A stretch of 64,000 bases of DNA from Thermoplasmata archaeon. Its GTDB lineage: Archaea > Thermoplasmatota > SW-10-69-26 > JACQPN01 > JAJPHT01. Positions within the stretch are counted from its first letter, which is position 1. Every line of letters begins with the position of its first letter. This document shows positions 9,295-18,618 of this stretch, piece after piece. Where the stretch lies: contig JAXDQU010000089.1 in the NCBI GenBank assembly GCA_034667685.1, positions 1 through 64,000 of the forward strand. The letters are read 5' to 3'. Made by a program: the position numbers and the translations under genes. The notes under the pieces are model-generated. The model did not search any database and had not been told where the DNA came from. It worked only from the letters and a program-made list of their open reading frames with translations.

Positions 9295-9483
9295 TCAATC
9301 GCGGCAGGTGGGACCGTACGGGCCGAGGCTGCACAGGCCGAAGCAGTGCACGGGGTCCGTGATCGAGGTGCCCGTGCCGAAGAACTTGCAGACCTGGTTC
9401 GGGTCGGGCGGACCGGCGGCGGCGACGGGGGCGACGGACACGAAGAGCGCGAGCGAGACGAGGACGAGGAGGGCAGCCTTCAT
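9295..9483 (-). CDS. Secreted 4-Cys peptide, 62 aa (array member 3)
   Basis: Signal peptide + GPPDPNQVC...; GGAGGT RBS upstream. Confidence 0.78.
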   Translation of the reverse strand: MKAALLVLVSLALFVSVAPVAAAGPPDPNQVCKFFGTGTSITDPVHCFGLCSLGPYGPTCRD

Positions 9484-9487
9484 CGGC

Positions 9488-9790
9488 TTACCTCCACGTG
9501 ATGGCCTGGCACTCGATCTGCCCGTTGCTGTCGCGCCAGCACTTCGGCGGGATCGGCGAGGGCGTGGGCACGTGGCAGCCCCGCGGGCCGAAGATGGCGT
9601 GGCAGGGGTCGGTGACGATCGGGTTGCCCAGGACGCCGTGGACGAGGTCGAGCACCGGCTGCACGACGCTGCCCGGGCTGGGCGGGTCGACGCAGTAGCC
9701 GGTGTCAGGGTCGCAGATGGGCGTGGCGGACGCGAGCGGGCCCAGCGCGACCAGCGCGAGGGCGGCGAGGACGAGGAGCGAGAGCTTCAT
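9488..9790 (-). CDS. Secreted 6-Cys peptide, 100 aa (array member 2)
   Basis: MKLSLLVLAALAL...ASA + TPIC...CWRDSNGQIEC...WR; GAGGTG RBS. Confidence 0.8.
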   Translation of the reverse strand: MKLSLLVLAALALVALGPLASATPICDPDTGYCVDPPSPGSVVQPVLDLVHGVLGNPIVTDPCHAIFGPRGCHVPTPSPIPPKCWRDSNGQIECQAITWR

Positions 9791-9800
9791 CGGCGCCACC

Positions 9801-10007
9801 TCAGTTGCCGCACGGGGGCTCGTGGTGGAGGCAGCCCTGCACGAGGGCGAGGACCTGGTCCTCGACGCCGCCGACCACGCCGCCCTCGTCGGGCACGCGG
9901 TAGCAGAGGTTGGGCTTCGGGCAGATGACGTGGTCGTCGGCGCTGGCCGTGATGGAGGTCGCGAGCGGCACCGCGAGGAGCAGCGCCACGATCAGGAAAG
10001 CCTTCAT
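9801..10007 (-). CDS. Secreted 4-Cys peptide, 68 aa (array member 1)
   Basis: MKAFLIVALLLAVPLATSITASA + DDHVICPKPNLC... Confidence 0.78.
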   Translation of the reverse strand: MKAFLIVALLLAVPLATSITASADDHVICPKPNLCYRVPDEGGVVGGVEDQVLALVQGCLHHEPPCGN

Positions 10008-10040
10008 GCGCGCCGCAGGACGCGGCGTCGGCCATTCCCC

Positions 10041-10060
10041 TTTGGGGTGCAACGGCTTTC
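10041..10060 (-). promoter_or_regulatory. Conserved 20-bp upstream motif, copy 3 (GAAAGCCGTTGCACCCCAAA)
   Basis: 3' end lies 34 nt upstream of the ATG at 10007. Confidence 0.75.
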
Positions 10061-10066
10061 CCCCAT

Positions 10067-10220
10067 GCGAGGGCCCGAGGGCGAGTTTCCGCCCGGTGTC
10101 GTTTGCCGGCGCTCCCTTCCCGACACCGCGCATCCGAGTCATCCGCGGATTGCGGGATTCGCGGTGTTGGGAAGGGAGCGTCACCAAGACAGCCATCGGG
10201 TGGGAACGCTCCCTCGCCCC
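10067..10220. repeat. Dispersed palindromic element (family G), copy 1
   Basis: Core TTCCCGACACCGCGCATCCGAGTCATCCGCGGATTGCGGGATTCGCGGTGTTGGGAAGGGAGCG nearly matches 53147-53210. Confidence 0.75.
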
Positions 10221-10256
10221 GTCACGTTGAAGGTGCGGCCCGCTTCACGCCTGCGC

Positions 10257-11231
10257 GTGGACGAGCTGCTCCGGCCCCTGAGGATCGGGAACGTGCAGCT
10301 TCCCAACAACCTCGTCCTCTCGCCCATGGCGGGCTTCTCGGACCTGCCGTTCCGCGTGCTCTGCCGCGAGCACGGCGCCGGCCTCGTGTGCAGCGAGATG
10401 GTGAGCGCCACGTCCGTCCTGCGCGAGGTGCCGCACACGATGGCCCGGATGCGCACGCTGGAGAAGGAGATGCCCATGAGCATCCAGCTCTTCGGCACCG
10501 ACCCCGAGGCGGTGCGCGACGCGGCGGCCGACCTGGACGCGCGTTGCGCGATCGTCGGCTTCAACATGGGCTGCCCCGCGCACCAGATCCAGCGCCAGGG
10601 GTGCGGCGCCGCGATGCTCGACACGCCGGAGCTGGCGCTGCGCATGGTCGAGGCCGTGCGCGAGGGCACCTCCAAGCCGCTGCTCGTGAAGGTGCGGCTG
10701 GGCAACCGCGAGCGCCGCGACACGGTCGCCTTCGCCCGCGCGCTGGAGTCGGCGGGCGCGGCCGGGCTCATCGTGCACGGACGGATCGCCGCGCAGGGCT
10801 ACTCGGGCCGCAGCGACTGGGACGAGATCGCGCGCGTCAAGGCCGCCGTCTCCATCCCCGTCATCGGCAACGGCGACGTCACCGACGGCCCCAGCGCCCA
10901 GCGCGCGCTGCGCACCGGCGTCGACGGTCTCGCCGTCGGGCGCGCCAGCCTGGGCAACCCGCGCGTGTTCCGCGAGGTCGCGCACTACCTCGCCACCGGC
11001 GAGCGCCTCGCGCCGGCGAGCGCGGAGGAACGCTATCACGACTTCCTGCGCTACCTGGAGATGGCGCAGGCCGTGGGCATCGAGGCGACGCAGGTGCGCG
11101 AGCAGGCGCAGCAGTTCACGCGCGGCCTGCGCGGCGGGGCCGACCTGCGGCGCGCGTTCACCGGCTCCGTGGCCCTGGACGAGGTGCGGCGACGCTTTGC
11201 GCAATTTGCGGGCGGACCCCCGGCTGGCTGA
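10257..11231 (+). CDS. dus: tRNA-dihydrouridine synthase
   Basis: LSPMAGFSDLPFR, SEMVS, IQLFG, NMGCP, KVRLG, VHGR, IPVIGNGDV, VGR. Confidence 0.93.
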   Translation: MDELLRPLRIGNVQLPNNLVLSPMAGFSDLPFRVLCREHGAGLVCSEMVSATSVLREVPHTMARMRTLEKEMPMSIQLFGTDPEAVRDAAADLDARCAIVGFNMGCPAHQIQRQGCGAAMLDTPELALRMVEAVREGTSKPLLVKVRLGNRERRDTVAFARALESAGAAGLIVHGRIAAQGYSGRSDWDEIARVKAAVSIPVIGNGDVTDGPSAQRALRTGVDGLAVGRASLGNPRVFREVAHYLATGERLAPASAEERYHDFLRYLEMAQAVGIEATQVREQAQQFTRGLRGGADLRRAFTGSVALDEVRRRFAQFAGGPPAG

Positions 11232-11282
11232 GCAGATCACCCCCGACCCTTTTCACCACGTGGTGATCCATGGAGACAAATG

Positions 11283-11744
11283 CTACAACGGGGGCGGTAG
11301 CTGTTGTGAACCTTCCAGGCAGGGGAAGGGGGGATTGCAGTCGCTCGGTTGAACTTGGCCGCCTCCGGGGGTGTCGCACACGCCATCGTTGTTCTCATCG
11401 TCGCAGGTCTCGGTCCATTCACAGTGATCGTTTGTATCACAAGTGCATGTAGCGACCTCGCCGTCAGTGTCCCCAGGCTTGCATGACCCGGTGTAGCACT
11501 CAGTCTCGCAGCCAGCTTCTTGATGGCAGACGACGGTGTCCGACCAGTAGCATCTGGTGCAGTTTTCTTGCCAGCCGGGCCCAGGGCAACTGGTACAGTA
11601 GCCTGAATAGCCATCTGAGTGGCAGGTATCGGCGACGGCTGGTGGCAGCATGATCGTTGCAACTGAAGCAACCACAAGGGCAGCAAGGGAAAGAGTGCAC
11701 GCGCGCGAGCGTGTGGGCAGGGTTTTCGGGCGGCCGACGAACAT
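11283..11744 (-). CDS. Secreted Cys-rich protein (16 Cys in the mature part), lower GC than the flanks
   Basis: Hydrophobic leader followed by dense Cys/Asp/Thr; many A/T-ending codons. Confidence 0.65.
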   Translation of the reverse strand: MFVGRPKTLPTRSRACTLSLAALVVASVATIMLPPAVADTCHSDGYSGYCTSCPGPGWQENCTRCYWSDTVVCHQEAGCETECYTGSCKPGDTDGEVATCTCDTNDHCEWTETCDDENNDGVCDTPGGGQVQPSDCNPPFPCLEGSQQLPPPL

Positions 11745-12112
11745 GGCGGGGGGCCATCCCAGGCGAGTAACTTAGCCATTTTTCGAATTTGGTAACAAAC
11801 ATCTAGAGTGGACGTGCGCGAAGCTCGTGCGACGATCGCGCGGCCGGCGCGCCAAGAGCCCACGGGCCGACAAGGCACGAGTCGCGCCCCAGGCACTGAT
11901 CTCGATGTGGTCGAGCGCAGGAAGATTCGAAAGCAGGCTCCGCAGTTCGCGCGCTTTGGAGCGCAGCACGACCTGCGCTCATCCTTCGTGGGAGAGGTCG
12001 CCCTCAACAGCGCGCAGCGGCGATTCGAGGCCTGCCGTGCCCGGAAAAGGTGGAAAGACTGGACGACGCGGTCACCGCAAGGTTCTCGTACCCTGAGGAG
12101 GTCGAACCGGTC

Positions 12113-13378
12113 ATGGCGGCTGCGAAGGCGCTGGCGATCACGGTCCTCTTCCTCGGCATGGGCCTCGCCGGCTGCATCGGTGGGAAGGCGCCCAAGGCCG
12201 ACGTGAAGCTCGGCAACGTCACGGCCGCGAACGTCTTCACCGCGCCCCCCGACGGCCGCTCCGGCAACATCTCCGCGTTCAGCGAGACGAACCAGACCGT
12301 CGCGGGCGGCGACGGCCGGGCGCATCCGCACGACTACTGGTCCGGCCGCACGCGCGTGACCGTCGTGGACATGGATGTCCCCTTCGACCCGCAGCCGAGC
12401 AGCGACGGCGCCACCGCCGAGTTCCGCGTGCCGTTCGGCTTCCTCGTCTACGAGGGCACGGGCAGCGTCGAGGTCACGCTGAGCAATCCACAGCGCCAGG
12501 CCTGCGAGCCGGTCCTGACCCTGGGCGCGCACTACGTCTGCACGCCCACCGCGCCCAGCGACCCCGCCTCCGCGCAGACGGAGTTCGCGGTGCGCTACGA
12601 GCACGGCGCGGCCTCCTCGTTCCTCGACGCGGGCAAGGCGCCCGTGGGCAAGCCGACCGTCATCAAGATCACCGACCCCAAGCAGACCGACATGCCGCAC
12701 GCGACCACGAGCCTCTGGGCCTTCCAGCTCGTCTCGCCCAACGCCTACGACAACACGCTGATCATCCACGCCAAGGTCGACATCGTCCGCTCGACCGACA
12801 CGAACATCCCGCTCTGGCCGGGCCACCCCAACTTCTACGGTGACAAGCACGTGCGCGACGTCTTCTCGGGGCCCGGCGCGTCCGGCGCGGGAAGCAGCGC
12901 GGCGACCCTGAGCAGCAAGGAAAACGTGCCCACGCAGCCCCAGAAGCTCATCAGCTACGGCACGCGCAGCGTCTACGTCTGGGTCAACGTCACGGACTAC
13001 GCAGCCTCCAACCCCGCCCTGGCGCCCGTCTCGTGGTACCTCTGGCACACCAACGCCTCGGGCGTCAGCAACATCACGAGCCCCTTCGACGCCACGAACC
13101 ACAGCATCGACAAGAAGGAGCACTTCTGGATCCTGCCGGTGAACGACACGGACATGGACTCCCCCTACCAGGACCACAGCCGCTGGCAGTTCCAGCTCCG
13201 CGGGTCCTACGCCACGCCCGAGAACCCCGCACCCGCGACCGTTCCCAAGTGGGACCAGTTCTCCTGCTACGCGGGCTGCGCCGACTACGCGGTCAAGTAC
13301 ACGATCACCGTCAAGGCCAGCGACGTCGTGGAGACGGGCCGCTACTCGGTCTTCTGCGAAGATTCCTCCATCTGCTGA
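12113..13378 (+). CDS. Archaeal lipoprotein, paralog 1
   Basis: Lipobox GLAGC; shares SAFSETNQT, HPHDYW, QTDMPH, PLWPGHP, DSPYQD-SRW with the next gene. Confidence 0.85.
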   Translation: MAAAKALAITVLFLGMGLAGCIGGKAPKADVKLGNVTAANVFTAPPDGRSGNISAFSETNQTVAGGDGRAHPHDYWSGRTRVTVVDMDVPFDPQPSSDGATAEFRVPFGFLVYEGTGSVEVTLSNPQRQACEPVLTLGAHYVCTPTAPSDPASAQTEFAVRYEHGAASSFLDAGKAPVGKPTVIKITDPKQTDMPHATTSLWAFQLVSPNAYDNTLIIHAKVDIVRSTDTNIPLWPGHPNFYGDKHVRDVFSGPGASGAGSSAATLSSKENVPTQPQKLISYGTRSVYVWVNVTDYAASNPALAPVSWYLWHTNASGVSNITSPFDATNHSIDKKEHFWILPVNDTDMDSPYQDHSRWQFQLRGSYATPENPAPATVPKWDQFSCYAGCADYAVKYTITVKASDVVETGRYSVFCEDSSIC

Positions 13379-13452
13379 TGCCCAAAAAGGGGCACGGGTT
13401 GGTCCACATCCTCACGGCAACGCTTTAGATACCCCAGGGAGTCGCGGCGCCC

Positions 13453-14739
13453 ATGGCGTCCCGGGCGCTCCCTCTGCTCGTGGCCTCCCTCCTCGCCATG
13501 CTGGCCCTCGCGGGCTGCATCGGCGGCAAGGACAACGGCGGCCAGCAGCTCACGACCACGTCGTCCAAGAACCAGAGCGTCTTCACCGCGCCGCCCGACG
13601 GTCGGAACGGCTCGATCTCGGCGTTCAGCGAGACGAACCAGACCGTGATGGGCGGCGACGGCGCCGCGCACCCCCACGACTATTGGCAGGGCAAGACCCG
13701 CATCACGCTCTTCGACCTCGATGCGATGATGGCGCCCAACACCGGCGGCCAGAACCCGTCCACCTCGACCTTCTCGGTGCCCAAGGGCACGCTCGTCTAC
13801 GAGGGAACGAACAGCATCGAGTTCACTATCAGCGACCCGAAGCGCCACGTCTGCGAGGGGCGCGTGACCTTCGGCAACCACTTCATCTGCACCGACGACA
13901 CGTCGACCGCGCCCGTGCAGTCGCCCCAGGACGTCAACGCGCCCGACCCGACCGGCGGCGGCAACGGATTCACCCTGCGCTACCGCCACGCGGCCACCTC
14001 CACCTGGATCGACGCCGGCTCCCTCTCGTGGGGCCAGGCGAAGGTCATCAAGATCACCGACCCGAAGCAGACCGACATGCCGCACTCGACCAGCTCGCTC
14101 TGGCAGTTCGAGGTCGTCTCGCCCAACGGCTACGACAACACGCTCGAGTTCCACGCCAAGGCCGACCTCGTGCGCGACCCGTCGGTCCCCATCCCGCTCT
14201 GGCCCGGCCACCCGCTCTTCTACAGCGCCGACAAGCACGTCCGCGACGTGTTCGAAGGCGACCAGAAGACGACCAACGGCTACGTGAGCGCCGTCACGGC
14301 CAACACGCCCGCCGGCGTGACCACGGGCATCGTCATCCCCAAGCGCCTGATCAGCTACGGCACGACGAGCGTCTACGTCTGGGCCAACATCACCAGCGCC
14401 GACACGCCCAACCCGGCCACCGCGCCCGACGCGTGGTTCCTCTACCACACCAACGCCTCGGGCCGCGACAACCTCACCAACGGCGGCGACGCGAAGGCCT
14501 CCTCCGACGGCAAGCACTTCTTCTGGGTGCTGCCCGTCACGCCCGACGACATGGACTCGCCCTACCAGGACACGAGCCGCTGGCAGTTCGCCCTCGAAGG
14601 CTCCGTCGCCAACTGCATCAACTGCGCCGACTACACGGTCAGCTATCACCTGACGGTCAAGTCCAGCGACATCGTGGAGAAGGAATACTACCTCTACTGC
14701 TACGACCCCGCGGACTGCAAGGGGACGAGCGGCGGCTAG
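13453..14739 (+). CDS. Archaeal lipoprotein, paralog 2
   Basis: Lipobox ALAGC; collinear with 12113-13378; TTTAGATA box about 25 nt upstream. Confidence 0.85.
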   Translation: MASRALPLLVASLLAMLALAGCIGGKDNGGQQLTTTSSKNQSVFTAPPDGRNGSISAFSETNQTVMGGDGAAHPHDYWQGKTRITLFDLDAMMAPNTGGQNPSTSTFSVPKGTLVYEGTNSIEFTISDPKRHVCEGRVTFGNHFICTDDTSTAPVQSPQDVNAPDPTGGGNGFTLRYRHAATSTWIDAGSLSWGQAKVIKITDPKQTDMPHSTSSLWQFEVVSPNGYDNTLEFHAKADLVRDPSVPIPLWPGHPLFYSADKHVRDVFEGDQKTTNGYVSAVTANTPAGVTTGIVIPKRLISYGTTSVYVWANITSADTPNPATAPDAWFLYHTNASGRDNLTNGGDAKASSDGKHFFWVLPVTPDDMDSPYQDTSRWQFALEGSVANCINCADYTVSYHLTVKSSDIVEKEYYLYCYDPADCKGTSGG

Positions 14740-14843
14740 CGCCGGTCGGGGTTTTGACCTCTCCACGGGACGCCAGGGGCAGCCTGGCGTCGCCCTGGCC
14801 AAACCCCGCTGGCACCGCCGTGGGCGCGTCATCGACGCTTGCG

Positions 14844-15350
14844 TCATTGATAGAAGCTCACGATGCAGGTGACGGTGACGTCTTTCGTGGTGTAAGGGAC
14901 GTTGGCGGAGCAGACGGCTTCGGGACCGTTCCCCCCGCTCTTGCTGTCGCTGCATGAGGAGTGGTAGGGATTGAAGGGGTCGTACGTGGTCGTGCAGGAG
15001 GCTGCCACGTCGTCGCACTGGGTGCTGCCGGAGGCTCCAACGACTCCGGATTCCACGTTGACTTCTGGATCGACGCAGTCGCCGGTGGGGGGCCAGCAGT
15101 AAAGCTGACCCACAGCCGGGATGCCGTCGTCGTACGTCCCACCGCAATCCCAGCCCACGGGCCCGTGGAAGACGAACGAATTCGTGGCGCCGTGATACGT
15201 GACGCTCATCATGTTGGAGGCCACCGTGGTGGCGTAGTAGTTGGAGATCGCGTCGAGCTTCCCGGATACGGGACCCACGACGGCCCCGCCGGCGCCCGAG
15301 ATGGCGACGACGAGGAACATGGAAACGCAGGCCATGTGGAAGAAATTCAT
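14844..15350 (-). CDS. Secreted Cys-rich hypothetical protein
   Basis: Hydrophobic N-terminus, 8 Cys in the C-terminal part; start uncertain. Confidence 0.6.
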   Translation of the reverse strand: MNFFHMACVSMFLVVAISGAGGAVVGPVSGKLDAISNYYATTVASNMMSVTYHGATNSFVFHGPVGWDCGGTYDDGIPAVGQLYCWPPTGDCVDPEVNVESGVVGASGSTQCDDVAASCTTTYDPFNPYHSSCSDSKSGGNGPEAVCSANVPYTTKDVTVTCIVSFYQ

Positions 15351-15472
15351 GTAACGGAACGCGGCAGGTTGTAATCGTAATTCGTTCCGCGCATGCATCT
15401 GCAAGGCTGCTGGCGCTCGGCAGGTTCGGGACCAAGGCTCAACGCGACGTTACGCAAGGGTCCTGGCCCGCC

Positions 15473-17188
15473 CTACCCGTAGACCTGCGCCATCGTCTTC
15501 ACCGGAACGTGCTTCGCCGCGACGTAGTCCGCCAGGGCGTTGAAGTTGCTCGGCGTCCAGTCGTAGGTGTCGCCGCCGGAGACGATGTTGTGGAACACCA
15601 GCACGATGGTCACGTTGTGCGCGACGGCATAGTCCACGTAGGCCTCCGCGCGCGCGAGGCTCGTGGCCGCCGCGACGCCGACGCCCGCGATGACGTAGGG
15701 GTTCGTGCCCGACTGCGCGAGCAGCATCCCCAGGTTGTTGGGGTCGGGGTTCGTGAGGTAGATGCGCGCGTCCTTGTAGTACTTCGCGGTCTGCGTCTCG
15801 ACGTTCGCGTTGTGCGCGCCGTAAGGATAGGCGAGCGACGTGATGGGCTTGCCCACGAGCGTCTGCAGCGTCGTCTTCGAGCTCGAAAGCTCGTTGGTGA
15901 GCTGCGTGGCGCTCAGCGTCGTCAGGTCGGGATGCGTGACGGTGTGCGACTCGATGTCGTGCCCGGCCTGCGAGAGCGCGACCACCTGCGAGTTGCTCAT
16001 GCAGTCCACGCCGACCTCCGAGTTGGGGCAGTCGGAGACGATGTAGAACGTGCCGCGGAAGCCGTGGTTGACGAGCGTCTGCGCGGCCGCGATCTGGTTC
16101 TGCTGGCCATCGTCGAGCGTGAAGACGACGGTGCCCGGGAGGAACGGCGGCGGCTGCGTCACGCTGGGCCTCGCCGTGACCTCGCTGGAGCGCGGCCCTT
16201 CGCCGACGCCGTTCACCGCGCTGACCTGGTAGAAGTACGACTGGCCGTTGGTGACGTTGGTGTCGTTGAAGGCGTTCGTGGCGCCCAGCGAGCGGTAGAG
16301 CGTCTCGGCGCCGCTCGACGTGCCGCGGTAGAGACGGTAACCCGTGATGGGGCTGTTGCCGTTGAACGGCGTCGTCCAGGCGAGCTTGACGAACGCATTG
16401 CCCGGCGTCGCGCTGAGCGAGGGCGCCCCGGGCGGCGTGGGCGCGGCGGCGCCGAAGACGTCCGCGACGGTCTTCACCGGCACGCCCTTGCCCTGCGTGT
16501 ACGTGAGCAGCAATTCGAGCTGGGCGGGCGTCCAGTCCCACGTGCCCGGGTTCGTGACGACGTTCTCGAAGGAGAGGACGACGGTGACGTGGTTGCTCAC
16601 CGCGAAGTCCACGTACGACTCGGCGGTCGCGACGGACGTGGCCTTGAGCACCATGAGCCCGGGAAGGCCGTACGCGTCGACGGTGCCCAGGAAGTCGTTG
16701 GGGTTCGTCGTCACGCTCCGTCCCGATTGATAGCGCGAGGCGGTGGCGGCGTCGACCGTCGGGTTGTGCGAGCCGTACGGGTAGGCGAGGTGCATCACCG
16801 GCTTGCCCGTGATCGACTGCAGCGTGCTCTGCGAGTCGGCGAGCTCGGAGGCGAGCTGCGCGCTGGAGACGGTCGTCAGGTCGGTGTGCGTCACGGTCTC
16901 CGACTCGACGTCGTGGCCGCGCGCCGAGACGTTGGCGACGTCCTGCCTCGTCATGACCCCGCCCATGCCCAAGGCGCCCGTGATGATGTAGAACGTGCCG
17001 TGGAAGCCGTGGGCCTCCAGACGCGCGGCGACGTTGAGGTCGGCCTTGTAGCCCGCGTCGAACGTGAACACCACCGCGCCGTTGGGCGCGCTCAGGTCCA
17101 CCGGCGCGGCGGACGTGAAGGGAGCAAGAAGGGGCATCCCGAGGAACGCGAGGATGGCGACGAGGCTCAGAAGCTTGGCACGGCTCAT
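15473..17188 (-). CDS. Secreted polysaccharide deacetylase: two NodB/CE4 domains separated by a fibronectin type III domain
   Basis: FTFDAG / ESETVTH / AYPYG in domain 1; FTLDDG / SHTVTH / AYPYG / LVFH in domain 2; FN3 PGAPSL...W...ITGYRLY...YFYQVSAVNGVGEG. Confidence 0.9.
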   Translation of the reverse strand: MSRAKLLSLVAILAFLGMPLLAPFTSAAPVDLSAPNGAVVFTFDAGYKADLNVAARLEAHGFHGTFYIITGALGMGGVMTRQDVANVSARGHDVESETVTHTDLTTVSSAQLASELADSQSTLQSITGKPVMHLAYPYGSHNPTVDAATASRYQSGRSVTTNPNDFLGTVDAYGLPGLMVLKATSVATAESYVDFAVSNHVTVVLSFENVVTNPGTWDWTPAQLELLLTYTQGKGVPVKTVADVFGAAAPTPPGAPSLSATPGNAFVKLAWTTPFNGNSPITGYRLYRGTSSGAETLYRSLGATNAFNDTNVTNGQSYFYQVSAVNGVGEGPRSSEVTARPSVTQPPPFLPGTVVFTLDDGQQNQIAAAQTLVNHGFRGTFYIVSDCPNSEVGVDCMSNSQVVALSQAGHDIESHTVTHPDLTTLSATQLTNELSSSKTTLQTLVGKPITSLAYPYGAHNANVETQTAKYYKDARIYLTNPDPNNLGMLLAQSGTNPYVIAGVGVAAATSLARAEAYVDYAVAHNVTIVLVFHNIVSGGDTYDWTPSNFNALADYVAAKHVPVKTMAQVYG

Positions 17189-17279
17189 CAGCCGCCCACG
17201 GGCGGGGGACCAGGCTTCCCTCTTCGGAAGCAGGAGGCGAATGGTGCGCCCACGACGCGCCGAGCGCTCGGAGAAGGAG

Positions 17280-17363
17280 CGCGGAGGGGGAGATTCGAAC
17301 TCCCGAGGGCGAGGCCCATCAGTTTTCGAGACTGACGCCTTGACCGGGCTAGGCTACCTCCGC
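17280..17363 (-). tRNA. tRNA-Ser(CGA), CCA not encoded
   Basis: Acceptor GCGGAGG/CCTCCGC; anticodon arm TCAGT-CTCGAAA-ACTGA; long variable arm; GTTCGAATC T-loop; G discriminator. Confidence 0.93.
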
Positions 17364-17502
17364 AAGAAGGTAGGCGCGCAATTCCGGGGTCCCACTTCAA
17401 GGTATGGGCGCGCGCCCCCAGCCCCAGCGCCAGCCCGAGCCCCAGCCCTTCTCCGGCGATCGTCCCACAAAGCCCCTCCCGCTGCCGCCCGCCCCGTGGC
17501 CG

Positions 17503-18618
17503 ATGCGCATCGTCGTCGTGAGCCCGTACGATCCACGCCCCGAGGACGCGGAGGATCCGCTCGCGCTTCGCGGCGGCGTGGAGGAGGCGCTCGACCGCGC
17601 GGCGTCGGGGCTCGCGGCGCGCGGGCACGAGGTGACGCTGGTGTGCTCCGCGACGCGGGCGGGTGTCGAGCGCGCGGCGGACGGCGTGCGCGTGGTGCGC
17701 GTGAAGCGGCGGGGCGCGCTCTTCCGCAATCCGCTCGCGGCGCTCTTGCGCGCGATCCCGGCGGACGCGGACGTGGTGCACGTGCCCGCGACGTACCCGG
17801 GCTATTCGGACCTGATGCTCGCGCGGCTCGCGCGCCGCGGGCAGGCGACGGTGCTCGACTACCACTTCGACGTGCACGGCACGAGCCTGCCCATGCGCGC
17901 CGCCGCGGCCGCGCACCGCGCGCTCCTTTCGCCCTCGATGCTGCGCGCGACGCGCGTCGTGACGAAGAGCCTCGACTACGCGGGCGCCTCGCGCGTGCTC
18001 TCGCGCGTGCCGCGGGACCGGCTCGACTGGGTGCCCAACGGCGTCGACATGGCGGAGCTCGACGCTTCGCAGCCGCGCGGCGACGCGATCCTCTGCGTGG
18101 GCCGGCTGGTGCCCTACAAGGGCGTCGACGTGCTGGTGCGCGCGGCGAGGGACGTGCACGACGCGACGGGCGCGCCGATCCTCGTGGCGGGCAGCGGGCC
18201 CGAGGAGCGCAGGCTGCGCGACCTGGCCGAGCGGCTTCGCGCGCCGGTCGATTTCCTGGGCCGCGTGCCGCGCGGCGACCTGCTGCGGCTCTACGCGCAG
18301 GCTCGCGTGTGCGTGCTGCCCAGCGTGAACGAGCAGGAGGCGTTCGGCATCGTGCTCCTGGAGGCGATGGCGTCGGGCGCGCCGGTCGTCGCCTCGGACC
18401 TGCCCGGCGTGCGCGAGGTGGCGAGCCTCGCGGGGCTGACCGCGCGCGCGGGCGACCCGGCCGACCTCGCGGAGAAGCTCGTGGACGCGTGGAGCCAGCC
18501 GTGGCGCTTCGGCTCGCCCGCCGAGATCCGCGCGCGCGTCGGGGCGACCTACGCGTGGGACCGCGTGCTCGACCGCCTGGAGAAGGTGCACGCGATGGCG
18601 GCGGGGGCGCGCGCGTGA
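17503..18618 (+). CDS. Glycosyltransferase family 4 (GT-B)
   Basis: GGVE, VPNGVD, VGRLVPYKG, EAFGIVLLEAMASG. Confidence 0.93.
   Translation: MRIVVVSPYDPRPEDAEDPLALRGGVEEALDRAASGLAARGHEVTLVCSATRAGVERAADGVRVVRVKRRGALFRNPLAALLRAIPADADVVHVPATYPGYSDLMLARLARRGQATVLDYHFDVHGTSLPMRAAAAAHRALLSPSMLRATRVVTKSLDYAGASRVLSRVPRDRLDWVPNGVDMAELDASQPRGDAILCVGRLVPYKGVDVLVRAARDVHDATGAPILVAGSGPEERRLRDLAERLRAPVDFLGRVPRGDLLRLYAQARVCVLPSVNEQEAFGIVLLEAMASGAPVVASDLPGVREVASLAGLTARAGDPADLAEKLVDAWSQPWRFGSPAEIRARVGATYAWDRVLDRLEKVHAMAAGARA

Noticed and set aside
8997-10060. The 20-bp repeats as a CRISPR array
   Set aside because: Spacing is 276 and 768 bp with genes in between, and no cas genes are present.
11810-12110. 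Possible ncRNA or small ORF in the long intergenic region
   Set aside because: I could not recognise a structure or coding signal by eye; an Infernal search would be needed.
17280-17363. tRNA-Leu call, or an integrated element at the tRNA
   Set aside because: The anticodon is CGA with a G discriminator (Ser); no integrase or duplicated tRNA 3' end was seen.
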